Positions 25,801 to 32,597 of a stretch of 64,000 nucleotides of DNA are shown piece by piece (the first letter of the stretch is position 1; each line of letters opens with the position of its first letter). Where the stretch lies: positions 124,001 to 188,000 of IMG/VR virus record IMGVR_UViG_3300023174_000038; one strand, 5' to 3'. Both the position numbers and the translations under genes were made by a program. Under the pieces are notes generated by a model, which saw nothing but the letters and a program-made list of their open reading frames with translations, had not been told where the DNA came from and ran no database searches.

Positions 25801-25805
25801 TCTAA
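10833..25805 (+). CDS. Giant (4990 aa) repeat fibre/virion protein
   Basis: Single 15-kb ORF with about 20 copies of the W-containing G(Q)Y(V)LxT(D/N)GxGxLxW junction, built from the same modules as 1..4284; distinct globular C-terminal domain (QPRVVTIADG...KWNIIAKNFGF). Confidence 0.85.
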   Translation: MAITKLQPFNLDTTANYTFANITATNANLGNAATANYFIGSGNNLSNIQGANVTGAVSSATTSGTVTTAAQPNITSVGTLSGVISTGNVNLTSASNVALGPVANVHITGGTTGQYLQTDGSGNLSWSTVSSGAASNISNGNSNVNIPSANGNINLTAVGNTTMVITGTGVNVAGTLNVTGNTTVGNLVTSGSGGTLSNINVVSANTFTASGNITSGNANLGNSVTANYFTGNFYGTANLATYATTANSVAGGNVSGQVANALISGTVYTNAQPNITSVGTLSSLAVTANITSGNANLGNNVTANYFTGNGSLLTGITTSGLSNGNSNVNIPAANGNVNISAVGNANILVVTGTGVNVAGTLNVTGNATVGNIVTSGSGGNVSNVNVISANTFIASGNITAGNVVTSGSGGNISNANVISANTFTASGNITSANANLGNAVIANFFIGSGNNLSNIQAANVSGQVSNSLISGTVYTNAQPNITSVGSLTGLTVSNATGVVNFTTTANVTLGAVANLHISGGTSGQYLSTDGSGTLSWATVSSGASSNISNGNSNVNIPSANGNVNISAVGNANILVVTGTGVNVAGTLNATGNASLGNLVTTGSGGNISNANVVSANTFIASGNITAGNVVTSGSGGNISNANVISANTFTASGNITSGNANLGNSAVANYFTGNLYGTANLATYATTANAVAGGNVSGQVANALISGTVYTNAQPNITSVGTLSSLAVTANITSGNANLGNLVTANYFTGNGSLLTGITVSAGNSIVNGNSNVSIPAANGNVNISAVGNANIVVVTGTGANISGTLNISGNTTVSNLISSGSGGNISNANVVSANTFTASGNITAGNITTGAGSGGNITGANVISANTFTASGNITGANANLGNSVTANYFIGNFYGTANSATTAGTVTTAAQPNITSVGTLTGITSTGTVNLTSASNVSLGPVGNVKITGGTTGQYLSTDGSGNLSWSTVSSGSSSNISNGNSNVNIPSANGNINLTAVGNTTMVVTGTGVNVAGTLNVTGNATIGNITTGAGSGGNITGANVISANTFTASGNITGGNANLGNNVSANYFTGNLYGTANLATYATTANSVAGANVSGQVANSLISGTVYTNAQPNITSVGTLSSLAVTANITSGNANLGNNVTANYFTGNGSLLTGITVSAGNTIVNGNSNVLVSANGNVTTSVAGNANILIVTGTGVNVAGTLNVTGNATVGNIVTSGSGGNVSNVNVISANTFIASGNLTAGNINTTGSGGNIGNANVISANTFTASGNITAGNANLGNSAVANYFTGNFYGTANLATYATTANSVAGGNVSGQVANALISGTVYTNAQPNITSVGSLTGLTVSNASGVVNFITTSNVSLGAVGNVKITGGTTGQYLSTDGSGNLSWSTVSSGSTSNISNGNSNVNIPAANGNVNISAVGNANILVVTGTGVNVAGTLNVTGNATVGNIVTSGSGGNVSNVNVISANTFIASGNLTAGNINTTGSGGNIGNANVISANTFTASGNITSANANLGNSAVANYFTGNFYGTANLATYATTANSVAGANVSGQVANALISGTVYTNAQPNITSVGTLTGITSTGTANLTGASNVALGPVANVHITGGTSGQYLSTDGSGTLSWSTVSSGAASNISNGNSNVNIPAANGNVNISAVGNANILVVTGTGVNVAGTLNTTGNTTVGNLFSSGSGGNISNVNVISANTFTASGNITAGNVVTSGSGGNISNANVISANTFTASGNITSSNANLGNAATANFFIGSGNNLSNIQAANISGQVANSLIAGTVYTNAQPNITSVGSLTGLTVSNATGVVNLTTTANVTLGAVANLHISGGTSGQYLSTDGSGTLSWSTVSSGSTSNISNGNSNVNIPAANGNVNISSAGNANILIVTGTGVNVAGTLNTTGNTTVGNLFSSGSGGNISNVNVISANTFTASGNITAGNVVTSGSGGNISNANVISANTFSASGNITSGNANLGNSAIANYFTGNFYGTANLATYATTANAVAGANVSGQVANALVAGTVYTNAQPNITSVGSLTGLTVSNATGVVNLTTTANVTLGAVANLHISGGTSGQYLSTDGSGTLTWSTVSAGAASNISNGNSNVNIPAANGNVNISSAGNANIVVVTGTGANITGTLNVTGNATVGNIVTSGSGGNVSNVNVISANTFIASGNLTAGNISTTGSGGNIGNANVISANTFTASGNITSANANLGNSVVANYFTGNFYGTSNLATYATTANAVAGGNVSGQVANALVAGTVYTNAQPNITSVGSLTGLTVSNATGVVNLTTTANVTLGAVANLHISGGTSGQYLSTDGSGTLTWSTVSAGAASNIANGNSNVNIPAANGNVNISAVGNANVLVVTGTGVNVAGTLNVSGNTTVSNLISSGAGGNISNANVISANTFSATGNITVGNLVTSGSGGNITGGNVISANTLTASGNITAANANLGNSVVANYFTGNFYGTANTATTAGTVTTAAQPNITSVGSLTGLTVSNATGVVNLTTTANVTLGAVGNLHISGGTSGQYLQTDGSGTLTWATVSSGSTSNISNGNSNVNIPTANGNVNISAVGNANILVVTGTGVNVTGTLNTTGNTTVGNLFSSGSGGNISNVNVISANTFTASGNITSANANLGNSAVANYFTGNFYGTANLATYATTANAVAGGNVSGQVANALVSGTVYTNAQPNITSVGSLTGLTVSNATGVVNFTTTANVTLGAVANLHIAGGTNGQYLSTDGSGTLTWSTVSSGSTSNISNGNSNVNIPAANGNVNISAVGNANILVVTGTGVNVAGTLNVSGNTTVSNLISSGTGGNISNANVISANTFSATGNITVGNLVTSGSGGNITGGNVVSANTLIASGNITAANANLGNSVVANYFTGNFYGTANSATTASTVTTAAQPNITSVGTLSGVTSTGTVNLTGASNVSLGPVGNVKITGGTNGQYLQTDGSGTLTWATVSSGSSSNISNGNSNVNIPSANGNINLTAVGNTTMVITGTGVNVAGTLNTSGNTTVGNLFSSGSGGNISNVNVISANTFTASGNITSGNANLGNSVVANYFTGNFYGTANLATYATTANAVAGGNVSGQVANALIAGTVYTNAQPNITSVGSLTGLTVSNATGVVNFTTTANVTLGAVANLHIAGGTNGQYLSTDGSGTLTWSTVSSGSSSNVSNGNSNVNIPAANGNVNISAVGNANIVVVTGTGVNVAGTLNVSGNTTVANLATTGTGGNISNVNVISANTFTASGNITAGNANLGNAVIANFFIGSGANLTSLTGANVSGQVANSLIAGTVYTNAQPNITSVGTLTGITSTGTVNLTGASNVSLGPVGNVKITGGTNGQYLSTDGSGNLSWSTVAGGSSSNISNGNSNVNIPAANGNVNISAVGNANILVVTGTGVNVAGTLNVSGNTTVANLATTGTGGNISNVNVVSANTFTASGNITGGNLVTSGGNITGGNVVSANTLIASGNITSGNANLGNLVTANFFSGNGSLLTGITVSAGNSIVNGNSNVVVFANGNVTTSVAGNANILIVTGTGVNVSGTLNVTGNTTVGNLVTSGSGGTLSNINVVSANTFTASGNITGANANLGNSVIANYFTGNFYGTANSATTAGTVTTAAQPNITSVGTLTGVTSTGTVNLTGASNVSLGPVANVHITGGTNGQYLSTDGSGTLSWSTVSSGAASNIANGNSNVNIPSANGNVNISAVGNANVVVVTGTGANIAGTLNATGNIIAGGGTGGSITGANSISANYFIGTLYGTANLATYATTANSVAGGNVSGQVANALVSGTVYTNAQPNITSVGSLTGLTVSNATGIVNFTTTANVTLGAVANLHIAGGTNGQYLSTDGSGNLSWSTVSSGSSSNVSNGNSNVNIPTANGNINLTAVGNTTMVVTGTGVNVAGTLNVTGNTTVGNLVTSGSGGTLSNINVVSANTFTASGNITSGNANLGNSVTANYFIGSGNNLSNIQAANVSGQVANALVSGTVYTNAQPNITSVGSLTGLTVSNATGVVDFTTTANVTLGAVANVHISGGTNGYVLSTNGSGALSWVAQSGGGGGSNISNGNSNVNIPAANGNVNISAVGNANVVVITGTGANITGTANITGNLSAGNIIAGSGSGGNISNANVISANTFTATGNITSGNANLGNSVTANYFTGNFYGTANLATYATTANSVAGANVSGQVANSLIAGTVYTNAQPNITSVGTLTGITSTGTVNLTGASNVSLGPVGNVKITGGTNGQYLSTDGSGNLSWSTVASGSSSNISNGNSNVNIPAANGNINLTAVGNTTMVITGTGVNIAGTLNTSGNITSGNANLGNSVTANYFTGNFYGTANLATYATTANSVAGGNVSGQVANALVSGTVYTNDQPNITSVGSLTGLTVSNASGVVNFTTTANVTLGAVTNVHISGGTNGYVLSTDGSGTLSWVAQSGGGGGGSNISNGNSNVNIPAANGNVNISAVGNANVVVITGTGANITGTANITGNLSAGNIIAGSGSGGNISNANVISANTFTASGNITSGNANLGNSATANYFTGNFYGTANLATYATTANSVAGANVSGQVANALISGTVYTNAQPNITSVGTLSSLAVTANITSGNANLGNSAVANYFTGNFYGTANLATYATTANSVAGANVSGQVANSLIAGTVYTNAQPNITSVGSLTGLTVSNATGVVNFTTTANVTLGAVGNLHISGGTSAYVLSTDGAGNLSWVAQTGGGGGSNISNGNSNVNIPSANGNINLTAVGNTTMVITGTGANIAGTANITGNLSAGNIIAGSGSGGNISNANVISANTFTASGNITAGNLSITGLSNLGAVGNVVITGGTNGYVLSTNGSGGLSWIASGGGGANISNGTSNINIAASGGNITMGVGGTANVVVVSTTGISAAIQPRVVTIADGTSISINADTTDMAIQTNTQAAGTLTINAPSGTLYQGQKIMLRLQSTNVQTFSWNAVFNSSTDLNLPTTSSGSSKYDYIGFIYNSTQSKWNIIAKNFGF
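11334..11512 (+). repeat. 179-nt exact direct repeat (second copy 22503..22681)
   Basis: Base-by-base comparison by eye within the giant gene. Confidence 0.75.
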
Positions 25806-25824
25806 TTAACAAGGAAAATTTAAA

Positions 25825-26040
25825 ATGGATGATATTATTAATCAAATAGATGGACAGGTGCAAATCATATTTGAAAAAACTGACAGCACTATTAATCAAA
25901 CGTTTCGTGATGCTTTATGGATGACACAAGAGGAGTATGATGCTTCATCTATTGACAGAATTAATGAATTAAAGCAAGAAAGATTTGCTAATTGGTTAGC
26001 CATTGTAACTGAAACTTATACTACAGTAACACCTGAGTAA
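25825..26040 (+). CDS. Small acidic protein, possible fibre chaperone/adaptor
   Basis: AAGGA RBS; 71 aa between the giant fibre and a beta-helix protein. Confidence 0.5.
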   Translation: MDDIINQIDGQVQIIFEKTDSTINQTFRDALWMTQEEYDASSIDRINELKQERFANWLAIVTETYTTVTPE

Positions 26041-26046
26041 TAAAAT

Positions 26047-29000
26047 ATGGCAAACAGATATTGGGTCGGCGGAACAGCACAGTGGACTTCATCCAATACA
26101 GCATTATGGAGTGCCAGTTCTGGCGGATCTAGTGGTGCAAGTGTCCCTACTGCATCAGATTCTGTATTCTTTGACCAAGCAGGCCCTTATACAGTAACAA
26201 TGGGTAACTTTACCCTCAACTGTTTAGATTTTACTATATCAGGGGCAAGTGTAACTATAGCGGGTGTTGCTGGACCCCCTCAACTTAATATATATGGTAG
26301 TTTTTCTATAGTTTCAACAACTGTTTGGAGTGCTACTCAGATAACTGTTAACTTTGTTGCAACTACAACTGGTAAAACAATTAATACTAATGGCGTAACT
26401 GTTAATTTTAATGGTCTTACTTTTAACGGCGCAGGCGGTGGCTGGACATTAAGTGGTGCACTTACTACTGGTACTAGTTGCACTACAACTTTAACTGCAG
26501 GCAGTTTAGATATAGCAGGATTTACACTTAGTACAGGTTTATTTAGTTCAAATAATTCAAATACTCGTTCAATTGCATTTGGAGCAGGTTTTATAGCATT
26601 AACAACTACTTCCACTGCACAAACTGTGTTACAAATGTCAACTCTTACTGGTTATTCACAAACAGGAACTGGTGGATTTTCTACGGCAACAAACGTGACA
26701 AAAACGTTTTCATCAGGTATTACTGCGGGCGGTTCTGCAACTACCGGCCCAAGTATGTTTGTTACAGCTGGGGCAGGAGTAATTACATTGAACGGATCCA
26801 GTTACTGGAATACTCTTAATTTTGTGGGTTCAACTTCTACTGTTAATTCTAGTGGTGCTCAAACTTTAGTATATGCTAATAATTTAATTTTTGGAAGCGG
26901 TAGTTATTATATAAACGCAACACCGACTTTTAATATGACTGTTACAGGCAATACTAAAAGTTTAATTGGTACATTAACTGTTAACAATGCTGCCGTTACC
27001 TTTACTTGGGATACTTCTGGAGGTCTTTGTTTTGCAACTACTACTATTTTAAGTGCGGGGAAAATAGCATGTACTGGTGCCGGGACAATAGGTTCTACTA
27101 CTGGGGGTACTATGGCTCACAGTGGTGGGGAATTAGCCATTAATGGATGTACATGGAGAAATCTTACATATACTTATACCGGTGGTACAATTACTGATAC
27201 CGGTGGTGGCACTATTAGGGTCAGTGATAACGTTGGAAATAATGGAACATTTACATTAAACGGACCAACTCTAAGTCTACCTATCACTCCCACTACTAGT
27301 TTTATAATAGATCGCCGATTTGTCTTAACTTCTGGAGCTATCACATTAACTGCAAACGCTAGTATGACAACAACTGGTGTAAGTTGTTTTGTTGAATTTG
27401 CTGCCGGTACAATTACACTTAATAATTACAATTTAACCCTTGGTACTTTGACTGGCGCTACTATTTTGAGCGTTTATAGTACTGCTGCTAGGACAATAGC
27501 TTTTGGTACGGGTTATATATATTGTACCACTGTAGATATGGCTGTAGCAAATAATATTACTTTGACGGGAGACGGGGGGTTTGGACCGCCCGGTGGTGTA
27601 GCTAGTGTAACAACTGGCTTTACTTGGGGAACAACATCAGGGGCCTCAATATCTATGGCACCTAATATTTATTATGCTAGTGGAGCAACTGCATCAACTT
27701 TAACTACAGGTAGTTGGTTTAATAAAGTTGATTACGGTGCCTCTTCATTTACAATGGCTGTTACATCAGTAAATTTAAATACATTAATTTTAGGTTCCGG
27801 TACATATACTAGTTTAACCGCAAATATGCGAGGTACAGGTACAATCAATACTAACAGCAGACCGTGTATTTTAGTAATAAACAACGATGTAAATACTACT
27901 ACTTTAACTGCTGCCGCAAATGCCGCAACATTTACAATGACAGCAGGAACTATTAATTTTGCTACATTTAATTTAACTTGCACTACTACAGCAACATATA
28001 CTAGTGGCACACTAAGTAATATTGGTACTATTAGTTGTACTACTTTTACAGTTAGTACCGGTACATTTACATTAACTAGTGGTAATATTACACCTAGTAC
28101 TAGTGTTGTAATTTCTTCAAATGGCACATTTAACTATAACGGTGGAACATTAGGCTCGGTTGCAACATTTACTCAAACTTTAGGAACAATGAATTTTAAT
28201 AAAGCATATTCATTGACCGCAACCGGAGCATATACATTAACCGCAGGTTCATTAACATTAAATGGATTTGATTTGACTACAGGTAGATTTTCCTCAACTA
28301 ATCTAAACACTCGGTCAATAAGTTTTGGATCAGGTAACATCATACTATCAACTTCTAGCTCCGGTCAGACATGTTTGGATATGGCAGATACTCGTAATTT
28401 TACTTATACTGGAGTAGGTGGATTCACTTCCCCAATGAGTGTAACTAGGACCTTTCAATTTGGTACCGGTGGTACAGGTAGTGCATCTATTAGTTGTAAT
28501 TTAACATTAACATCAGGTTCAGCAGTTCCAACTTTTACAACTGGTAGTTATTTTAATAAACTTGATTTTAGTGGTACTAGTGCCGGTGTAGTACCATTAA
28601 CAACAGTAAATCTTAATAGTTTGACACTAAGTAGCGGTGGAACATTTACTAGCTTCACTGCAAATTTTGTAGGTTCTGGTACTATTATAAGCAGTACAAA
28701 TACTACACTATTTGCATTAACACTAGCTACTGCAGGTGTAACAACTACCTTAGGATCTGATGTTTCGCTGACTGCAACCGGTACAACAACAGTAACAGCC
28801 GGTACATTAAACTTAAATGGATATACACTAACCACCGGTATCTTTAGTTCAACTGGTACCGGCGTTCGTTCTATTACATTTGGTACTAATAATATTGTAT
28901 TAGCACATACAACGGCTGCTACAACTGTATTATCAATGGCAGATGTTACTAACTTTACATATACGGGTACTGGTGGGTTTACTGCAGCCGCAAATATAAC

Positions 29001-29913
29001 AAGAACATACACCTTTGGAACTACGGGCGGTAGCGCAACGAATGCACCTAATTTAACCTTAACTGGTAGTGGTATCGCAATACAAACATTAACTACTGGT
29101 AGTTATTTTAATAAATTAGATTTTGGAACTACCGCATTCACGCTAGCTATCACTACACAAAATGTTAATAGTCTAACACTAGCGTCAGGAGGAACTTATA
29201 CTAATTTGACAGTTACTGCAGTGGGAACTGGTAATATTATATCTAATGGTAGAACATTTGGTTCTATTACAATTAATCATTCCGGCACTACTACTTTAGG
29301 TGATGCACTAACCACTAGTGGTACTACAACAATAACTGCAGGAACATTAAATCTAGCCACATTTACAATGACTACTACAACTGTATCTTCTAGCTCTTCC
29401 TCTGCAAGATCAATTACCGGAGCAGGTACTCTTGCAGTAACCGGCAGTTGGTCAATCAGTGATGGAACTAATTTTACAGGAAATAACTATACAATTAATA
29501 TGACTAGTGCTTCTGGAAAAACATTTGGTGGCGGTGGTGGTAGCTATGGAAATTTAGTTCAAGCAGGAGCCGGAGCATTAACTATATCCGGATCAAATCA
29601 ACTTAATAACATATCTGCAAACACACGACCATCTACTATTAGTTTTACCGCTGGCACAACTCAAACATTAACAAACTTCACTGCATCCGGTACTTTGGGT
29701 AGTCTAGTAACTATTAATAGTGTGACTGTAGGTACAAAATTTAATTTACTTAAAACTTCGGGTACAGTTAATGTAAGTTACTTAAATATTACTGATAGTA
29801 ATGTTAGCGCGGCATTTTTTGCTAATATTAATTCAACTAATTCAGGCAATAATATTGGTTGGAATTTTGCCGCACCGGCTACAGTACAAAGCGGATTCAA
29901 CGCATTCTTCTAA
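26047..29913 (+). CDS. Large Thr/Gly-rich beta-helix-like virion/receptor-binding protein
   Basis: MANRYWVGG...GASVPT..DSVFFD N-terminus; internal repeats (TLxAGxLxLNGxxLTTG.FSS...RSIxFG; TTGSYFNKLDF). Confidence 0.65.
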   Translation: MANRYWVGGTAQWTSSNTALWSASSGGSSGASVPTASDSVFFDQAGPYTVTMGNFTLNCLDFTISGASVTIAGVAGPPQLNIYGSFSIVSTTVWSATQITVNFVATTTGKTINTNGVTVNFNGLTFNGAGGGWTLSGALTTGTSCTTTLTAGSLDIAGFTLSTGLFSSNNSNTRSIAFGAGFIALTTTSTAQTVLQMSTLTGYSQTGTGGFSTATNVTKTFSSGITAGGSATTGPSMFVTAGAGVITLNGSSYWNTLNFVGSTSTVNSSGAQTLVYANNLIFGSGSYYINATPTFNMTVTGNTKSLIGTLTVNNAAVTFTWDTSGGLCFATTTILSAGKIACTGAGTIGSTTGGTMAHSGGELAINGCTWRNLTYTYTGGTITDTGGGTIRVSDNVGNNGTFTLNGPTLSLPITPTTSFIIDRRFVLTSGAITLTANASMTTTGVSCFVEFAAGTITLNNYNLTLGTLTGATILSVYSTAARTIAFGTGYIYCTTVDMAVANNITLTGDGGFGPPGGVASVTTGFTWGTTSGASISMAPNIYYASGATASTLTTGSWFNKVDYGASSFTMAVTSVNLNTLILGSGTYTSLTANMRGTGTINTNSRPCILVINNDVNTTTLTAAANAATFTMTAGTINFATFNLTCTTTATYTSGTLSNIGTISCTTFTVSTGTFTLTSGNITPSTSVVISSNGTFNYNGGTLGSVATFTQTLGTMNFNKAYSLTATGAYTLTAGSLTLNGFDLTTGRFSSTNLNTRSISFGSGNIILSTSSSGQTCLDMADTRNFTYTGVGGFTSPMSVTRTFQFGTGGTGSASISCNLTLTSGSAVPTFTTGSYFNKLDFSGTSAGVVPLTTVNLNSLTLSSGGTFTSFTANFVGSGTIISSTNTTLFALTLATAGVTTTLGSDVSLTATGTTTVTAGTLNLNGYTLTTGIFSSTGTGVRSITFGTNNIVLAHTTAATTVLSMADVTNFTYTGTGGFTAAANITRTYTFGTTGGSATNAPNLTLTGSGIAIQTLTTGSYFNKLDFGTTAFTLAITTQNVNSLTLASGGTYTNLTVTAVGTGNIISNGRTFGSITINHSGTTTLGDALTTSGTTTITAGTLNLATFTMTTTTVSSSSSSARSITGAGTLAVTGSWSISDGTNFTGNNYTINMTSASGKTFGGGGGSYGNLVQAGAGALTISGSNQLNNISANTRPSTISFTAGTTQTLTNFTASGTLGSLVTINSVTVGTKFNLLKTSGTVNVSYLNITDSNVSAAFFANINSTNSGNNIGWNFAAPATVQSGFNAFF

Positions 29914-29952
29914 CTAATTTTTTCAGCATCAACTCTCCTACTAAATATCTAC

Positions 29953-30609
29953 ATGTCAATATTAATAGGATTACCCTGCTACGGTGGAGTAGTATCAGAT
30001 AAAACAACTAACGCCCTCTTTAAATTGGGTAAACAATTCGTTAGAAATAACATAGACCACGGCATTCTCACACTAGCAAACGAAAGTTTAATAAGTCGTG
30101 GTCGTAGCCGTATCGCTAACTTCTTCATCAACAATACCGATTTTGAATATCTATTCTTCTTGGATAGCGATGTTGGATTTGAAGCTGATGATGTACTAAA
30201 ACTTCTTAATCACAATAAAGAAATGGTATGTGGTGCTTACCCAATGAAAACAGTACCACTAAAATGGAACTTTACTCTCACTCAACCACAACAACGTGAA
30301 GGTGATCTAGTTGCTATAGATAAAATAGGTATTGGGTTCAGTCTAATTCATCGTGATGTATTAATTCGTATAGCAAAACAATACCCAGAACTTAAATATA
30401 TACCAACAAACGAAAGTACTACACATAACCCAACTGAAGCTGAATACGATAATAGCTATCACTACTTCCATGAAATGCGTCAAGGTGATATCTATCTACC
30501 AGAAGATTTAAGCTTCTTCACACGGGCACGTAGTATTGGTATGCAGGCTTGGATGGATACTAGTATCAATCTATGTCACGTTGGTAGTCATGTTTTTCAG
30601 GAACAATAA
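29953..30609 (+). CDS. Glycosyltransferase (GT-A fold, GT2-like)
   Basis: YLFFLDSD DxD motif, GIGFSLIHR and EDLSF motifs. Confidence 0.75.
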   Translation: MSILIGLPCYGGVVSDKTTNALFKLGKQFVRNNIDHGILTLANESLISRGRSRIANFFINNTDFEYLFFLDSDVGFEADDVLKLLNHNKEMVCGAYPMKTVPLKWNFTLTQPQQREGDLVAIDKIGIGFSLIHRDVLIRIAKQYPELKYIPTNESTTHNPTEAEYDNSYHYFHEMRQGDIYLPEDLSFFTRARSIGMQAWMDTSINLCHVGSHVFQEQ

Positions 30610-31223
30610 TGAAAACTAATATTGTAATCATTGATGATTTCTTAGATGATCCATATACAATGCGATTAAACGCATTAAATGCTAATTATCCAACACCAGA
30701 AAGCCATACTTATCCAGGTAGAAACTCTGACAAATCTTACTTCACAGAAGAAATGTTAGAGAAGGTACAAAATCGTTGGGGTGATTACTTAATACCAGCA
30801 GAGGGTAGCAGTTGTGGTTACTTTAGAATTAGTTTAGCAACTGATACCTTTGAACAAAACATACATATTGATCCAGGTTGGGATGTGGGTGGTGTACTAT
30901 ACCTTAATACACCAAATCAATGTCGTCCAGAATCTGGCACACACTTCTACTATCATAACAGATTAGGTATAGAACGTGCTCCAGCTACACCAGAAGAAGG
31001 TAAATATTTAGGCTTCACTAACTATGAAGAAATACGTAAAAATATAATCTATGGTGATGGGCTTGATAAAACATTATGGACAAGATATGCATCTAGTCCA
31101 ATGAAATATAATCGTTTAGTATTGTTTGATCCGTTATTATGGCACAGTCATGGTGATAACTTTGGTGATTGTATGGATAACGGCAGGTTGGTTATGCTAT
31201 TCTTCTTCACAAAACAAAAATGA
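30609..31223 (+). CDS. 2OG-Fe(II) oxygenase-like protein (DUF6445-like)
   Basis: IIDDFLDDP start, HID, VLYL, GTHFY, YNRLVLF..LWHS, R: HxD...H triad. Confidence 0.7.
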   Translation: MKTNIVIIDDFLDDPYTMRLNALNANYPTPESHTYPGRNSDKSYFTEEMLEKVQNRWGDYLIPAEGSSCGYFRISLATDTFEQNIHIDPGWDVGGVLYLNTPNQCRPESGTHFYYHNRLGIERAPATPEEGKYLGFTNYEEIRKNIIYGDGLDKTLWTRYASSPMKYNRLVLFDPLLWHSHGDNFGDCMDNGRLVMLFFFTKQK

Positions 31224-31717
31224 AACAGGCATACTTTGTACCAAACTTCCCCATAAATCGTATCACACAAACCGGAGAAGATGGTTGGTGTCACATGCCA
31301 AATCATCCAAGAAATCTATATAATTATCTAGGTGCAATACTAGAACATATGGATAACAGTAAACGTATAGATCCAATACAAATAACTATACATGATGAAC
31401 AACAGGTACATGCTGGACCAAGTGGTGTATCCAGATTGTTTGCATTAACCCATCAAAGACAGTATACTCATATACCATGTATTGTTAGTAGTCCAATACA
31501 CTATGAATGGTTTGGGGAAAATGTAGTTAAAATCAATACAACTGAAGAATTACTAAGTTACTTTGATCCACAATATTTACCTAAAAGCTATGAAGTAGAT
31601 GAAAATGGTGTAGCTTGGCATAATGGTGCTTGGAGTTATGAGGAACTAGAACGTACTATGAATGTGTCCGAAGCTACTAAACTACGTATGAAACAAATGA
31701 TGACAGAGACAAATTAA
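31220..31717 (+). CDS. Hypothetical protein, possible ParB/sulfiredoxin-like fold
   Basis: DPIQI...SGVSRLFAL...IPCIV loosely matches the ParB/Srx core; ATGA-coupled to the upstream gene. Confidence 0.4.
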   Translation: MKQAYFVPNFPINRITQTGEDGWCHMPNHPRNLYNYLGAILEHMDNSKRIDPIQITIHDEQQVHAGPSGVSRLFALTHQRQYTHIPCIVSSPIHYEWFGENVVKINTTEELLSYFDPQYLPKSYEVDENGVAWHNGAWSYEELERTMNVSEATKLRMKQMMTETN

Positions 31718-31718
31718 T

Positions 31719-32564
31719 ATGAAACAAGAATTCTTTTTCTATAGTGGATTGCCAAGAGCCGGTGGAACAATGTTAGCTTCAGTAATGAATCAACATCCAG
31801 ACATGTATGTAAGCCCATTAAGTCCAACTGTAGAGTTACTATATTACACAGAGAAATACTTTGATGAAGGTAGTGAAGCATATAACGCTAATCCACAACC
31901 AGTAGCTAAACAAAGTGTTTTAGAATCACTGCCCAGAGAGTATTACAAGAATATACCTAAGAAGTATATTATGGATAATAATCGTGCATGGCCTAACAAT
32001 ACTGATAGAATTTGTAAATTTATTACTAAAACTCCAAAGATTGTATGTATTGTTAGAGATGTACCATCTATCTTAGCTAGTTTTATTGATTTAGTTAATC
32101 GTAGCAATAATCCAGGAAATAACTTTATTGATCGTTGGTTAGTAGACAATCGTATGGAATTGAACACTAAGAACAGATGTTATTATTTGATGCAACCAAC
32201 TGGTATTGTGAACCAGAGTTTATGGAGTATGTATCAGGGTTATAGTAATCCAAATGTAAAATCCTGTATGCATATGGTAGAGTATGATGATTTGATTAGT
32301 AATCCGGAAGAAACATTGAGTGATATTATTGATTTTTTAGATATTCCATCGTATAAGTTTGTTTTTAACAATATTAAGAATGTAACACCCGTAGATGATG
32401 TAACTTACAATTTAGAAGGTATGCATAGTGTACGTCCTAAGTTAGCTAGTAGAAACTTAGATCCTATGGAAATATTAGGTCCTGAATTAGTTAGAGAGTA
32501 TTCTGGATTAGAATATTGGAGAGAAGTTGTAAAACCGAGCAAAGTCAAGCTGTTTAGTATATAA
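31719..32564 (+). CDS. Sulfotransferase family protein
   Basis: SGLPRAGGTML 5'-phosphosulfate loop, IVRD..SILAS 3'-phosphate motif, VEYDDLISNP. Confidence 0.8.
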   Translation: MKQEFFFYSGLPRAGGTMLASVMNQHPDMYVSPLSPTVELLYYTEKYFDEGSEAYNANPQPVAKQSVLESLPREYYKNIPKKYIMDNNRAWPNNTDRICKFITKTPKIVCIVRDVPSILASFIDLVNRSNNPGNNFIDRWLVDNRMELNTKNRCYYLMQPTGIVNQSLWSMYQGYSNPNVKSCMHMVEYDDLISNPEETLSDIIDFLDIPSYKFVFNNIKNVTPVDDVTYNLEGMHSVRPKLASRNLDPMEILGPELVREYSGLEYWREVVKPSKVKLFSI

Positions 32565-32597
32565 TATTGATAAATATACTAAAGAGAGAGAGATATT

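Noticed and set aside
32583-32593. (AG)5 tract at the RBS of Kelch-like paralogue 1 as a phase-variation switch
   Set aside because: Too short to support slippage without read evidence; it plausibly just serves as a purine-rich RBS.
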